This document shows positions 49,764 through 62,072 of a DNA stretch of 64,000 bases, piece after piece. Under the pieces are notes generated by a model. It made no database searches and had not been told where the DNA came from. It was given only the letters and a program-made list of their open reading frames with translations. The DNA comes from Dictyostelium discoideum (taxonomy: Eukaryota): positions 992,001 through 1,056,000 of the forward strand of contig CM000153.2 of the NCBI GenBank assembly GCA_000004695.1, given 5' to 3'. A program made the position numbers and the translations under genes. The stretch's first letter is position 1; each line of letters starts with the position of its first letter.

Positions 49764-50491
49764 TTAATGAGATAATGGATATTTGTGGGTGATATCGTAA
49801 TATTTTTGTTTGAGTGCTGGATTTGCTTCCAAGTATTCGCTTCTAAATAATTCATAATCGTTTTCTGATTTATTATCAAAATAACGTATTGAAAATAATG
49901 AACCAATGATTGGAAGTAAACAAAGAGCTGTTAAATAGTATGGATTCATTGGGTATGGTACTGATGGCTATTTTTTCGTTATTTTTATTATTATTCCACA
50001 TGATTTGTTGAGTGAGTGAAATTGAAATGTTAATATTGTCATCATTAATACTAATTATAAAATATTATACATACTGGTGTATTTAAAAAGTAACCTCTTG
50101 GGAATTCATCTTCAACATCATCTGGATTAACATGATCGTGGTGTTCATCATGGTGTTCATCATGGTGACCATCGTTTGCGTGACTATCGTGATGATGGCC
50201 ATGTGAACAACCTGGACCATGAACATGATGTTGTTGTTGTTGTTGTTCTTCTGCTAATTCTCTAATTTGAATTGGATCAACAATAAAATTTCCGTGTTTG
50301 TATGAATAGACTGCGTCACCAAATTCTACTCTTCTTGTAATCATTTGTGTACCTGCTTCAGGTTCAGTTGGATAAGCACCACCTGCTTCACCACCACCAT
50401 GACTTGCAAATGAACGAATGGTAGTGTGTTTTACAATTGAGTTTACAACAACATTTTTTGTAGATAATAATCTAGTTGCTCTTGATAACAT
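49764..50491 (-). CDS. Mitochondrial protein with an N-terminal presequence and a COX5B-like segment, plus His-rich and C-terminal TM regions. Model: complement(join(49764..49967,50075..50491)).
   Basis: MLSRATRLLSTKNVVVN... looks like a mitochondrial presequence. ASHGGGEAGGAYPTEPEAGTQMITRRVEF resembles the N-terminus of mature cytochrome c oxidase subunit 5B. Exon 1 ends ...NTP and is followed by a GTATGT donor. The acceptor aaaatAG is at 49968-49969. Exon 2 in phase 0 reads PSVPYPMNPYYLTALCLLPIIGSLFSI...*. Confidence 0.5.
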
Positions 50492-50994
50492 CCTATAATT
50501 ACTTATTTATTTTTTTTTTTTTTTTTATAAATATGAATCTAAAACAAAATCAAAAAAAAAAAAAAAAAATTAAAAAAAAAAAAAAAATTGAAAAAAAAAA
50601 AAAATTTTGAAAAAAAAAAAAAAAAAAAAAATAAAAAAAGATATGAATGAAAATAGTTAAAAACAAATAATTATTTCGTTTTTCTTATTTCCCAAAAAAA
50701 GAAAAAAAGTAAAAAATAAAAAAATAAAATAAAAAATAAAAAAAAGAAAAAAATAAGAAAAAGCAAGTTATTGGACCTACCTTGGTTTTCAAGTTTTTTT
50801 TCTTTTTTTTTTCTTTTCATAATTTTTTTTTTTATTAATTTTAAAAATTACAAGAATTTTTTAAAATAAAAAAACAATTTTACCCTTTTTTTTTTTTTTA
50901 TAAACTAAAATTTTTTTTTTTTTTGTTAAATTAAAATGAATATAAACAAATAATAATAAAAAATAAATAAACAAACAAATAAATAAATATCAAA

Positions 50995-52131
50995 ATGTAT
51001 ACACAACAAAAACAAACACAAACACAAACACAAAATGTTAACAATAATCAATCACGAATAATACCATCTTCTTTTTCTTTTCAATCATCACAATCAAATA
51101 ATAAAGTATATAAACCAATACCATTGAAAGAGATGGAATTATTTTTATTCACTATACCAAGTAAAGAAAAGACTTTAATGTTAACAGATTTAGACGAAAA
51201 TACGACAAAGAAGGATATAGAGATAGCATTTTCAAGGTTTGGTTTAATCTATGATATTGTTGTTTACACAAATAAAAACTCTAAGCGAATATTAGGGTTA
51301 ATTAAATATTGTCTTGAAAACAGTGCTATATCAGCACTGAATCATCATCATACCATTGAAAAGATAAAAATCAATGGGAGAGAATGTACATCTGTAGTAT
51401 TATCAAGTTTTAAAAGTGACAAACCCTTTGAAATACCATTTCCAAAATCATTACAAATTATCAATCATCTTTTAGGTTTTAATCAATGGTCTACTGAAAT
51501 AGATAGATTCGAACATGAATACACTCGAGAGATTTTACTTGAAACTGATTTAAATGGTGTACCACTACAAACACCAATTAGAAAATATGAATCGAAATGG
51601 TATGCTTTGGTTTATTCAACATTCAAACAAATTGACGTTAGAATTAGTACAGTTTCACATGGTGTTGGTGAAGACTCTTGTAAGATTGAGGCAACTAGAA
51701 ATGCTAAAAAGGTTGCAGTTTCAAATTCAAGAAAATTAGCATTCACAAAAATTGGTATACTAATCATTAAGGATCAATCACCAATACCCTGTATATTAGA
51801 TCAAGACTCAATAGTAGATAGTAGTTCAAATAATTTTAACTCTGATTGTAATCAATATATGTTTGATAATAATTTAATTCAAAATGATGAAAATGAACAA
51901 CAACAAGAAGAAGAAGAAGAACAACAACAACAAGAAGAATTTGATGAAAATGAATTTCAAAATAATGATATAGATTTCGATTTTGATACCAATGATAGTA
52001 ACCCAACTGATTTAGATGTTGATGTTGATGTTGACATTGATACTGATGTTGATTTTAGTTCTGATATTAAAATTGATGATTCTAATGTTGATGCAGGTGT
52101 TGATATTGATGTTGATATTTCAATACCTTGA
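50995..52131 (+). CDS. RAD52 motif-containing protein 1 (RDM1)-like protein of 378 aa, with an RRM-like domain plus a RAD52-like motif and an acidic C-terminal repeat (DVDVDVDID).
   Basis: The RRM-like segment reads LFLFTIPSKEKTLMLTDLDENTTKKDIEIAFSRFGLIYDIVVY. The RAD52-like segment reads INHLLGFNQWSTEI...KWYALVYSTFKQIDVRISTVSHGVGEDSCKIEATRNAKKVAVSNSRKLAF. Single exon. Confidence 0.55.
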   Translation: MYTQQKQTQTQTQNVNNNQSRIIPSSFSFQSSQSNNKVYKPIPLKEMELFLFTIPSKEKTLMLTDLDENTTKKDIEIAFSRFGLIYDIVVYTNKNSKRILGLIKYCLENSAISALNHHHTIEKIKINGRECTSVVLSSFKSDKPFEIPFPKSLQIINHLLGFNQWSTEIDRFEHEYTREILLETDLNGVPLQTPIRKYESKWYALVYSTFKQIDVRISTVSHGVGEDSCKIEATRNAKKVAVSNSRKLAFTKIGILIIKDQSPIPCILDQDSIVDSSSNNFNSDCNQYMFDNNLIQNDENEQQQEEEEEQQQQEEFDENEFQNNDIDFDFDTNDSNPTDLDVDVDVDIDTDVDFSSDIKIDDSNVDAGVDIDVDISIP

Positions 52132-52238
52132 AAAAATAAAATAAATAAATAAATAAAATAAAATAAATAAAAGAATAGATATATATATATATATATATAT
52201 ATATTAAATAATAATAAAAATAATAATAAATATTTATT

Positions 52239-53371
52239 TTATTCATTTATAATATAATTAAAACTTTTTTTAATTTCTTCATATAATAATAAAGTAATTG
52301 AAGTATTTGGTATAACTTTTAATGTATTTGGTACTAAACCACGATAAAATCCTATTATACCTTCATTCTTTAAAATTTTAAATATAACATCTTTTGTTCC
52401 ATTGTATACTCTAACATTATTTTGATTTGGTATATTTCTTTCATCTTGTAATCTAGTCTTTACAACTTGAAATGGATATAAAATTGTACTTGCTAAAAAT
52501 TTTGAAATACTACTTGCTATAAAAATTTCTGATGCATTCTATATAATATATATATATAAATTTATAATTAATAATAGATTATTTACTTTTTTTTTATTTA
52601 TATATATATATATGAATTAAAATAAAATAATTCTTACTAATGAATCTAATGATTTACCAGAATTTGAAGAGAAATAAAATTTAATATGTTCATATGAAGA
52701 CATTTGAATACCACCATGAAATGTTAACCATAATGATGGAATTACGCCTTTATATAAACCTTTGAAACCTTCAACTTTAACAGTTTTTTTAATTCCATCA
52801 AATATACCTGTATAATAATTTGCAGAACCAGGTGTTTGTAATTGCATACGTGTTTTAATTAAAAATATTGGATTCGTTATGAAAACTTGGGTTGCACTAG
52901 CACCAACTGCGCAAATGAAATGATCAAATGTATTTAATTGTGTAACGTTGTATTTGGATTTTAATATATTTTTATAGGCTTCGTAAAAGTGCATATAGGT
53001 TCCCCATGCTATTCCACTAGCAACAATTGTTGGTGATGATCCTCTCCAAAATTGTTTAATTCCTTCATTCTTTAAAACGTTTTTACATGTATCAATAACT
53101 CCAACCCTTTTAAATTTATTTAAATCACCTCCACTTGCAAATCCACTGCCTTGTAACCTAATTTTTAAAAAATCAAATGGTTGTAAAAATGCTGTTGCAA
53201 CTGTTGATCCTAATAATGCTGATGTTCCTTCAACATCTTTTTATTTTTAAAAAAAAAATAAAAATAAAAAAACATAAAAAAAAAAATCAAACAAATAATA
53301 ATTAATATATTTAAAGTAATAATTGATAATTGATAGTATTTAATATACATACAAGGTTGAAATAAAGACAT
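52239..53371 (-). CDS. Mitochondrial carrier family (SLC25) protein of about 305 aa, complement(join(52239..52538,52638..53236,53353..53371)).
   Basis: Exon 1 is ATGTCTTTATTTCAACCTT (MSLFQP+t), followed by a GTATGT donor. The acceptor aaaAG is at 53237-53238. Exon 2 contains PFDFLKIRLQ and PIFLIKTRMQLQ. It ends at tta followed by a GTAAGA donor. The acceptor tatatAG is at 52539-52540. Exon 3 contains PFQVVKTRLQ and runs to the TAA at 52239-52241. That makes three carrier repeats at the correct total length. Confidence 0.85.
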
Positions 53372-53671
53372 TGTAGGACTAATTTTTGAATTTCTCTGAT
53401 TTGTTAAAAGAGGTGTTAAAATATTATTAAAAAATTTGGATTGTTCAAAATTTTCAAAAAATAAAAAAAAAAAAAATAAATTAAAAAAAAAAATAAAAAT
53501 CTTTTTTTTTTCGTTTTTTGTCCCAAAATATCGTTTCGTTATTTGTTTTAGGTAAAAATTTTAAAAAATAAAAAAAAACATTTATTTATTATAATTATTA
53601 TTTTATTATTTTTATTATTATTACTATTATTTAATATATATCTCATTATAAAACATACAATTTTATTTTCA

Positions 53672-53705
<34 letters not shown>

Positions 53706-54051
53706 ATTAATAATAACTAGTTATATTAATTTTTTTAAAATATAGCCTATTTATCCAAATTTTCTATTTTTTTTTTTTTTTTACTCAACAAAAATGATTT
53801 ATTTGTTTGATCAAAAAAAAAAAAAAAAAAGGTTTCGTTTTGTGAAATTAAAAAAAAATAAAAAATAAAAAAAAAATAAATTACGGGGTTTTTTTTTTTT
53901 TTTTTTTTTTTTATTTCATTTTTAATTTTTATTTTTTTTATTTTTTTTATTTTTTTTTTTTTATATACCCACCACATACACAACAATAATATTTATTAAT
54001 AAAGCAGTCGATTTAAAAAAAAAAAAAAAAGAAATATAAATAATAATAAAA

Positions 54052-54527
54052 ATGGCAACCCCAATTATTGTTGGAGCAACCATTGCAGGTATTGCATATT
54101 CAAGTAGATTTTTAATTAGAGTTATTCAAAGAGCAAAATCAAAACAACTTTTTGAAATGGTTTCAACACCAGGTTTCACTGTTGAAACTATTGAAGATGG
54201 TTTCGAAAATAAAATGACTCCTGCTGAAGCTGCAAATATTTTAGGTTTAAAGTAAGTTTTTTATTTTACTATAAATAAATTTCATTTTCTATTATTTTTA
54301 TTTTTATAACCCCCCTTTTTTTTACAATAAAAATACTAATATTTAACTAAAATTACAATCTAATTTTGAATTATTGATTATATAGAGAAGAATCAACAAA
54401 AGAAGAAATTAAAATTAGACATAAACTTTTAATGATTAAAAACCATCCAGATAAGGGTGGTTCCTCTTATTTAGCAACCAAAATTAATGAAGCAAGAAAT
54501 GTTCTTTCTTCTAAAAACAGCAATTAG
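54052..54527 (+). CDS. Mitochondrial import inner membrane translocase subunit TIM14/PAM18 (DNAJC19-like J-protein), join(54052..54251,54386..54527).
   Basis: The N-terminal TM reads [17 protein letters not shown]. The J-domain carries the [11 protein letters not shown] and HPDKGGS motifs. Exon 1 ends aa, followed by a GTAAGT donor at 54252. The acceptor tatAG is at 54384-54385. The codon aa+a continues in frame to the TAG at 54525-54527. Confidence 0.8.
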
Positions 54528-54827
54528 TTGTTGATCGAATTTAAAATATAAATAAAATAAATAAAAAAAAAAGAAGAAAAGGATCCTTTTTTTCTCTCGA
54601 ATTTGTACAAATTAAAAACCCTCAAGAGATATTAATATTATAAAAAAAAGATATTGTTTTATCATTTCCAATTTTAAATTATTGTTTTTTTTTTTTTTTT
54701 ATTGTTTGTTTAATATACAAAAAAAATGTTATTAATCTTTTTTATTTTTTATTATCTTTTTTTTTTAATTTTATTTTTATTTTATTTTTATATCACACGC
54801 ACATATTTGTATTTATAATTAAAATTT

Positions 54828-55289
54828 TTAACCTCCATGTAAAGTTGAAATGAAAATGATTGTATCTTTATCTTCTACATTGTATGAGATACCACCAAAT
54901 AATTCCCAATCTGCGTCATTAATTAAAACTAAAATACCTGGACGACTATTTTTTTTTTTTTTTTTATAATTAGTAAAAAAAAAAAAAAATAATAATAATG
55001 GATTTTATATATACTTACACTGTATCATCAACTACAAATAACTCTGATCTTTCTTTGAGTAAGTTATCTCTCATATATAAAATTAAATCTTTTAATGGAA
55101 TTTCATTCTTATCTGAAAATTCAATTTCGTGTACTTTCTTTTTATCAAATAATAATTCTAATCCACCACTAAAAATAATAATTTTTTTTTTTTTTAATAA
55201 ATTATTATTATTATTATATTAGTATTACTATTATTATAAGAAGATTTATTAAATTAAGATATATACCTTAATTCAATTTTAACTTTCAT
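54828..55289 (-). CDS. urm1: Ubiquitin-related modifier 1 (URM1) of 96 aa, complement(join(54828..54945,55019..55168,55267..55289)).
   Basis: The protein [96 protein letters not shown] is collinear with URM1 and ends in the diagnostic Gly-Gly. The donors are GGTATAT (first G at 55266) and GTAAGT (first G at 55018). The acceptors are ttttAG and aatAG. The phases are consistent. Confidence 0.85.
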
Positions 55290-55489
55290 TTTATATTCTA
55301 TTTATATCAATTAAATTTTGAAAAAAAAAAAAAAAAAAATAAAGCAAAAAAAAAAAAAAAAAAAAAAAAGGTTTTGTTTTTCTCGAGTTTTTTTTAATTT
55401 CCATTTTTTTATTGATAAAAACCTTAAAATTTGGCACTTAAAAAAAAAAAAAAAAAAAAAAAATTATTTTTCATTTTATTTTTTTTTTA

Positions 55490-55962
55490 ACAATGATCCA
55501 AGAGCACCATCATTGAATGGTCATGATAACCCATCAGTTAATAATATGATCACTTCTGTCTCTTTCATATCAAATCCAACTACTAGATTATTATTGGCAT
55601 TCATTTGGTGATTGGAATTTAGATAAATCAAATCATGTAATTTCTTTATCACTAAATGATAATTAATGGTATTCAATTAATACATGTAATATTAATGCTT
55701 AACAAATGGATACAGATATGATTGCAAAAACCACAATAACTATATCAATAACAGTTGTGCAACAACAACAAAACAACAATGGCAACAACAGCAATCAATA
55801 AAGGTACATTAATTGAAGATAGCGTTAATAGTTCATTAAAGATTTTATGCTCAGCATTATTTAATCCACCAAATTGGTGAATACTTTGTAGGGTCATCCA
55901 ACTACAATACCTTTGAGATTATTACAAGTGATTATAATAATAATAATAGTATATTGGCATAA

Positions 55963-56003
<41 letters not shown>

Positions 56004-56400
56004 AACAACAACCACAAACAACAGGAAACTACTTTCACAATTCCAAAATAAATTGGAGACTCAAATACCACACCCACCAAATTCATTAGATAATGCAACT
56101 CCAATTACTACATCCACTGCAATTGGTGAGGATTGTAAACCTCTGTAATCATTCCAACCATATCGTTGATATGAAGAAGCAATTTAAAACCATCGCAATC
56201 TATCATAGGACTTGTATGCAAAATAAAGTCCCAAACTTTTATTTGGAGAAACTTGATCGTATTCAAGTCACTGTCATTTGTATCAATGAGTATGCTGCAA
56301 GATATCGATTGGTTGATATCATTTATGATCCATCAGAGTTTGACACATTCGTCGTTATCTTATGGAAGTAAAAATGCAAACAATATCAAAAAGTTGTAAA
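55490..56400. other. Compositionally atypical block that is less AT-rich, uses codons rare for this genome such as CGA and AGG, and contains broken ORFs on both strands. It is probably a pseudogene or a degenerate mobile-element remnant.
   Basis: On the minus strand a vWA-like fragment ...LVVGFDMKETEVIILLTDGLS* ends abruptly. On the plus strand an ORF ends ...EYAARYRLVDIIYDPSEFDTFVVILWK*, and a (CAACAG)n tract lies at 55950-56000. No consistent spliced model could be built. Confidence 0.35.
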
Positions 56401-56979
56401 CCAGTTTACCATCACTACTACCACAGAATTCAGAGTTTGAAACTCGTTATTTTATTCTTGATTTAAAAATTAAAAAAAATAATAAAAAATAATAAAAAAA
56501 AAAAAAAAAAAAAAGTAATAACCTTTTAATTTAAATATTTTATTTTTATTTGTTTATTTTTATTTTAAATTGACCAAGAAAATATTTTTAAACTTTTTTT
56601 TTTTTTCTGTTTATATTTTTTAATCAAATTTCCAAAAAGTAAAAAAAAAAAAAAAAGAAAAATACAATAAATTACCAAAGAGATAATAAAAAAAAAATAA
56701 TAATAATAATAATAATAATAAAATCTATTTTTTGATTACATTTAAAATATAAATAAATGTTTTAGTATATAAATAAAATTTTTTTTTAAAAAAAAAAAAA
56801 AATGTAACGTTTATTCATTCCTGTTATGACCACAACAGAAATGAAAACGTGCGTTTTTTTAAAAAAAAAAAAATTACAAAAAACCGCTACTTTTCGCTTT
56901 TTTTTTTTATAAAACAAAATTTCAACTTTTTCCAAAATTTTTTTTTTTTTTGATTTTTTCCACTCTAACGTACCTAAAA

Positions 56980-57683
56980 ATGAAAAGAAACACTAGTATG
57001 TATCTTTATATCACATATCCTAATTCACCTTCAATCTATCAAAATAAATAGAGAGATAATTATTGATAATATTAGACTATCAATCTAATAATCTTCACTA
57101 TCAATCAATCACAAAATAATCTTTCACACTACCTATCCATTATCATTATATATCATCTTTCACCATTCACACATTATCTATAAAACACATTATCGTCATG
57201 CGCAATCATATGAATAATACTCTATGATTGTTATTAACATTATAATGTTTAAATACTTATTATAATGTTATCTACACAGACGTCAGCTCATCCCGTAGAA
57301 AGTCAAGAAAAGCACACTTCACCGCCTCATCAGGTGAAAGACGTATCCGTATGTCTGCTGCTTTATCTCACGATTTAAGAACTAAATACAACGTTAGATC
57401 TCTTCCAATCAGAAAAGACGACGAAGTCCGTGTTGTCTGTGGTGATAACAAGAATCACGAAGGTAAAGTTGTTGCCTGTTACAGAAAGAAATACGTCATC
57501 CACATTGACAAACTTACCGTCACCAAAACCAACGGTAACACTGCTCAAATTGGTGTCAGTCCATCAAATGTCATCTTAACTAAATTAAAATTAGATAAAG
57601 ACAGAAAAGCTTTATTAGAAAGAAAAAACAGAACCGTCGCTGCTGATAAGGGTAAAGTCAAAGTCTCTGCTGACGTCAACTAA
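56980..57683 (+). CDS. rpl26: 60S ribosomal protein L26 (uL24) of about 139 aa, join(56980..56995,57280..57683).
   Basis: Exon 1 is aaaaATGAAAAGAAACACTA, followed by a GTATGT donor. The acceptor cacAG is at 57278-57279. The spliced protein [55 protein letters not shown]...KKYVIHI... is collinear with eukaryotic L26. Confidence 0.85.
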
Positions 57684-58016
57684 ATTAAATAAATTATTTT
57701 AGGTGAAATACAAATTAAATTTGGTTTATAGTGTTTATTTATTTTAGTTTATTTTATGTGATAAAAAAAGAAAAAGAAAGAAAACAAAGAATAATATATC
57801 TAAATTTATTTTATTTAATAATTTCATACGAGTGACTTTCAACTCTTTTTTTTTTGTTATTTTTTTTGTTTTTTTTTTCACATATTATTGCAAATGAAGG
57901 ATACTAATTATAATTTGTCAATTTTAAACTATTATAATTTTAAAACTATTATATTGTTTATTGTTGTGTTATTATAATATTGAGTATTGTAGTAATTGTT
58001 TTTTTGAATTAATTTA

Positions 58017-58729
58017 TTACATCATATGATAGTCAGCTTCGATATCTATATCGTCAGATGTCTCACCACCAGTTTCATCAATTTCTTCATATTCATAATC
58101 ACGACTTGAATCATAATCTGGTTCATTATCAAATATTGAGAAAATTGGATTTTCCATTTGAGATGTCATCTTTTTTGATCTTTCAACAAAATCATTAAAA
58201 TCATCTTTGGTCTTGCAAAAGAAAGCAACTACCAATGATGGGTCAACTTCTGAAACATGTGTTCTCTTTGTGGTGCTACAAAAGAAGGTCTATTTTTTTA
58301 ATGACAATAATAATAATAAAATGATGTTAATAAAAAGTTTGAAATATATCAACTGTTATTAATGTTGTTGTTTATAATAATTTTCACTCACATTTAAAGG
58401 GAATTTAGAACCATTTTCAACTTCTATATGATTTTGAACAGTATGTGGATCTAAATAAAATAAGTTATCATCTTGTGCAGCGATAAAATAAAGTGATGCT
58501 CTTGGTTTTCCACCAACAACACCAAGATTTTGAGGAAACTTAAAGATTTCTAACAATGAAGAATGATAAATACTATTTAATCCATCCAAACCTAATCTCA
58601 TTGGAATTAAAATTAATAATGGTTCCCAAGTTTCATCATTATCTTTGTTGTTGTTTTCACTTATTTCATCTTTACTTTCATCATCAATTTTATCTTGTTT
58701 TTCATTCACATTGCTACTATCATTTATTA

Positions 58730-58795
<66 letters not shown>

Positions 58796-59311
58796 CATCA
58801 ATATTATTCTTATCCACATTTTCATTATGTTTTTCATCATTAATTTTATCATCACCATTATCTGTTGATGACTCTATTTGTTGTTGTTTTTGTTGTTGTT
58901 CAGTGGATGATGTTTTTTTCTTTTTAGAAGAAATATTTAAAAGTTGGTCTATATACAATGAACCATCCTCTGAAATGAAAACTGATATATTACATTGATC
59001 ATAATTTCTTGAGACAAGAATCCTTTTTTTTTTTTTTTTTTTTTTAATAAAAGTAAATTAGAAACATTATTCAAAAAAAAAAAAAAAAAAAAAATAAAAT
59101 AAAATAAAATAAAATAAATATAAACTTACTTTATTGTTTGAGAAATGATGGATGGTGCGAACCATTCACCAATATTCTTTCCAAGGTTTTGGCCCTCCAT
59201 GGCAATGTTATGAATAGAAAATGGAGCCGATGGTTTATCTAAAAACATTGAAATAATCTATAAAAAATAATAAAAGAAAAAAAAAAAAAAGAATTAATAA
59301 ATTTTGATTTT

Positions 59312-59349
<38 letters not shown>

Positions 59350-60138
59350 TCATTACATTATTATATACATCTGGATGAGTTGCACTTGAGGATCTTTTCC
59401 ATTCATCGCCAAGTATATTATGGAGTAATACATTTGATAATAACATTTGACCAGATCTAAGCATGCAACCCCAACCACAATCATTATCATACATTGTGTC
59501 ATCAATGCAAGGAAATCCTTGACGGTATGTAAACCAGAGAACTCTGGTAGTGAAATCATTTAAAAATTCTTTAATAAATAATTGATTTTGATTATTATTA
59601 TTATTATTATTGTTATTGTTATTCTCCTGTTGAGAGTTAATAGAAGTGGGTGTTATTGTTGGTGAAGGATCTATATTGTTACTATTTGGGTTGTTGTGGT
59701 TATTGTTATTTACATTTTCATTACCAACAATATCATCATTTGCTTCATTTTTTATTTCTAAATTATCTGCTGTTGATGTTGTTGTTGTTGTTGTTGGATC
59801 AATATTACTGCTATTTTCGCCAATATTGCTATTTATATTATTTATTGTAGTAATTAATCGATTCAATTTCAACAAGTTCTCTGCTAATGACGGTCTATAT
59901 TCATTGTCAAACATCCATATTGGTGAATTTGAAAATTGTGGTTGTGCAAGAGTATCTAAATTTTTTTTTTTTTTAAGGGGATTGTGTTAAAATTAAAATT
60001 AAACAAACTAAAAAAAAAAAAAAAAATTATTTTTTATTTTTTATTTTTTATTTTTATTTTTATTTTTATTTTTATTTCTTTTTAAAAATAATACATACTA
60101 CCCGCAGCACCTCTAATTAAATAGAGACAGTTCATCAT
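58017..60138 (-). CDS. atg4: Autophagy cysteine protease ATG4 of about 553 aa. The five-exon model is complement(join(58017..58280,58392..59022,59130..59257,59357..59955,60099..60138)), and the 5'-most exon is tentative.
   Basis: The catalytic region reads LWFTYRQGF...DCGWGCMLRSGQM. A conserved segment reads IGEWFAPSIISQTIK. The C-terminal conserved segment reads DPSLVVAFFCKTKDDFNDF. The donors are GTAATG, GTAAGT, GTGAGT and GTATGT, and all phases are consistent. The first in-frame ATG of the long exon is at 59912-59914. The upstream 40-nt exon MMNCLYLIRGAAG+a is supported only by splice signals. Confidence 0.75.
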
Positions 60139-60848
60139 TAACCTCCTTGGTAATGAACTAAAATTGATGTTTGATAATGAATCTATTTTCGCTTAATCCC
60201 TTTTTTCTTTCAAAAAAGAAAAAAAAAAAAAGTTTTAATTATTATTATTATTGTTGTTGGTTGTTGTTGGTTGTTTTTTACTGTTATTGTTGTTGCTTTT
60301 ATTAATTCTATAAAATTAGGTCAAAGTTTTAATTTGACTTGGTTTCTGTTCACTCAAAACACATTGATATTTGGACAATAACTATAAAAAAAAAAAAAAA
60401 AAAAAGAAAGAAAATAGAAAAATAAAAAATTTTTTATAGGTGAAATAATAGTAGTAAATAGTGGTACTAATGTGTTTTTTTTTTTTGTGTGTGTGTTTTT
60501 TTTTGAGTTTTTGTTTGTAATAAAATATTTTTTTTTTTTTAATTTTTTATTTTTTTTTTTTTTTATATTAAAAAAAAGAAAAAAAAAAATAAAAAAAAAA
60601 TAAAAAAAAAATAAAAAAAAAAAAAATATTTTTTTTAAATTATTCTTGTGAAAATATCTTATTTTTTTTTTTTATAAATAAATATTATTTTTTTTTATAA
60701 ATAAATATTTAATTTTGGAAACCAATAATTATAAAAAAAAAAAAAAAAGTATATATTAAATTTAGAAAAAAAAAAAAAAAAGTAATCAAAATAAAATATT
60801 TTCTATTTTTATTTTTTACTCCCAATTTTTTTGTTTAAAAAAAAAATG

Positions 60849-60880
<32 letters not shown>

Positions 60881-61012
60881 GAAATAAAAAAAAAAAAAAT
60901 TTAATTTTTATAAGAAAAATTTTATTTAAGGTAATTTTGTAATTGGTGTGTGTGTGATGTATGATGAAGTGTGTGAATTAACTATTTTATGTTTTTTTTT
61001 TTTTTTTTTCCC

Positions 61013-61043
<31 letters not shown>

Positions 61044-61163
61044 CCTGATTTTTTTTGGAAACCCCCAATTATTAAAAAAAAAAAAAAAAAAAACAAGGAT
61101 CCAATCCAAGTTTTAATTCTTTCTTTTAATTAATTTAAAAGGGGTTTTTTTTTTTTAGTTTTT

Positions 61164-62032
61164 TTAAACATGAAAAGAATGAGATCTATTCTTAAAAGCT
61201 TTAATATTTCTAATTGTAATTTTTTCTTTTTTCTTTTTTTCTTCTTCTTCTTTCAAGTTTGCTTGGTATAATTTATCATCCATTCTGATGTAATTACCTT
61301 CACACATATCACCTTGGAAACTTTCAAAGAATTTCTTATAACCTCCATTTAATAGATAAATCTCAGGATAGTGAATATTTGGATACTCATTATGTTCACG
61401 ATCCAACTCTCTAAATAGAGAATAACAATCTGGAGCTCTCTTTGAAGAGAATTCACAATGGAAAATGATGACATGTTGTTGATTTTTTGGTGTTGGAAAC
61501 TTAAAGAATCTATCCAATACCATTTGTCTTGAACCAGTTGGTGGAATATTAATTGCATTTTTAATATGTCCACCATCATATTCATATTTATATCTACAAT
61601 CAACAACGGTAATAATAGCATTAATAAGAGTTGGATTCTTTAAAAGTTCATAAACTGATTCTGATGAAACTCCATTATAACCTTGACGACCTGATAATTG
61701 TTTTAATAATTTTGCTTTAAATTGATCATCCTGTTGATCTTGATCTTGTGTTAAATTATTATTATTATTACTATTGCTAATATTACGTTGTTGTTGTTGT
61801 TCAATAATTTTAGCAATATTACTATTTACATTATTAATTTTATCTAATTTGTTAGTATCATTTTCATTTTCATTATTATTGTTAGTATTTGAAGTATCAA
61901 CTGGTTTTGGTAATGAATTTGAAGAAATATGAATATCAGGTGATTGTCTTGAAATAAAAGATGATGACATTGATAGAGGACGTGGTGGACGTTGTGAACT
62001 AATAGAGTTTGAACGTGAAAAATATGAAGAGA

Positions 62033-62072
<40 letters not shown>

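Noticed and set aside
55019-55030. Alternative URM1 splice choices, a GTATAT donor or a cAG acceptor, that would delete or alter the VRPG motif
   Set aside because: Re-reading the exact bases gives acaGT followed by GTAAGT. This is a canonical phase-2 donor that joins to the aatAG acceptor and preserves the conserved [11 protein letters not shown] segment.
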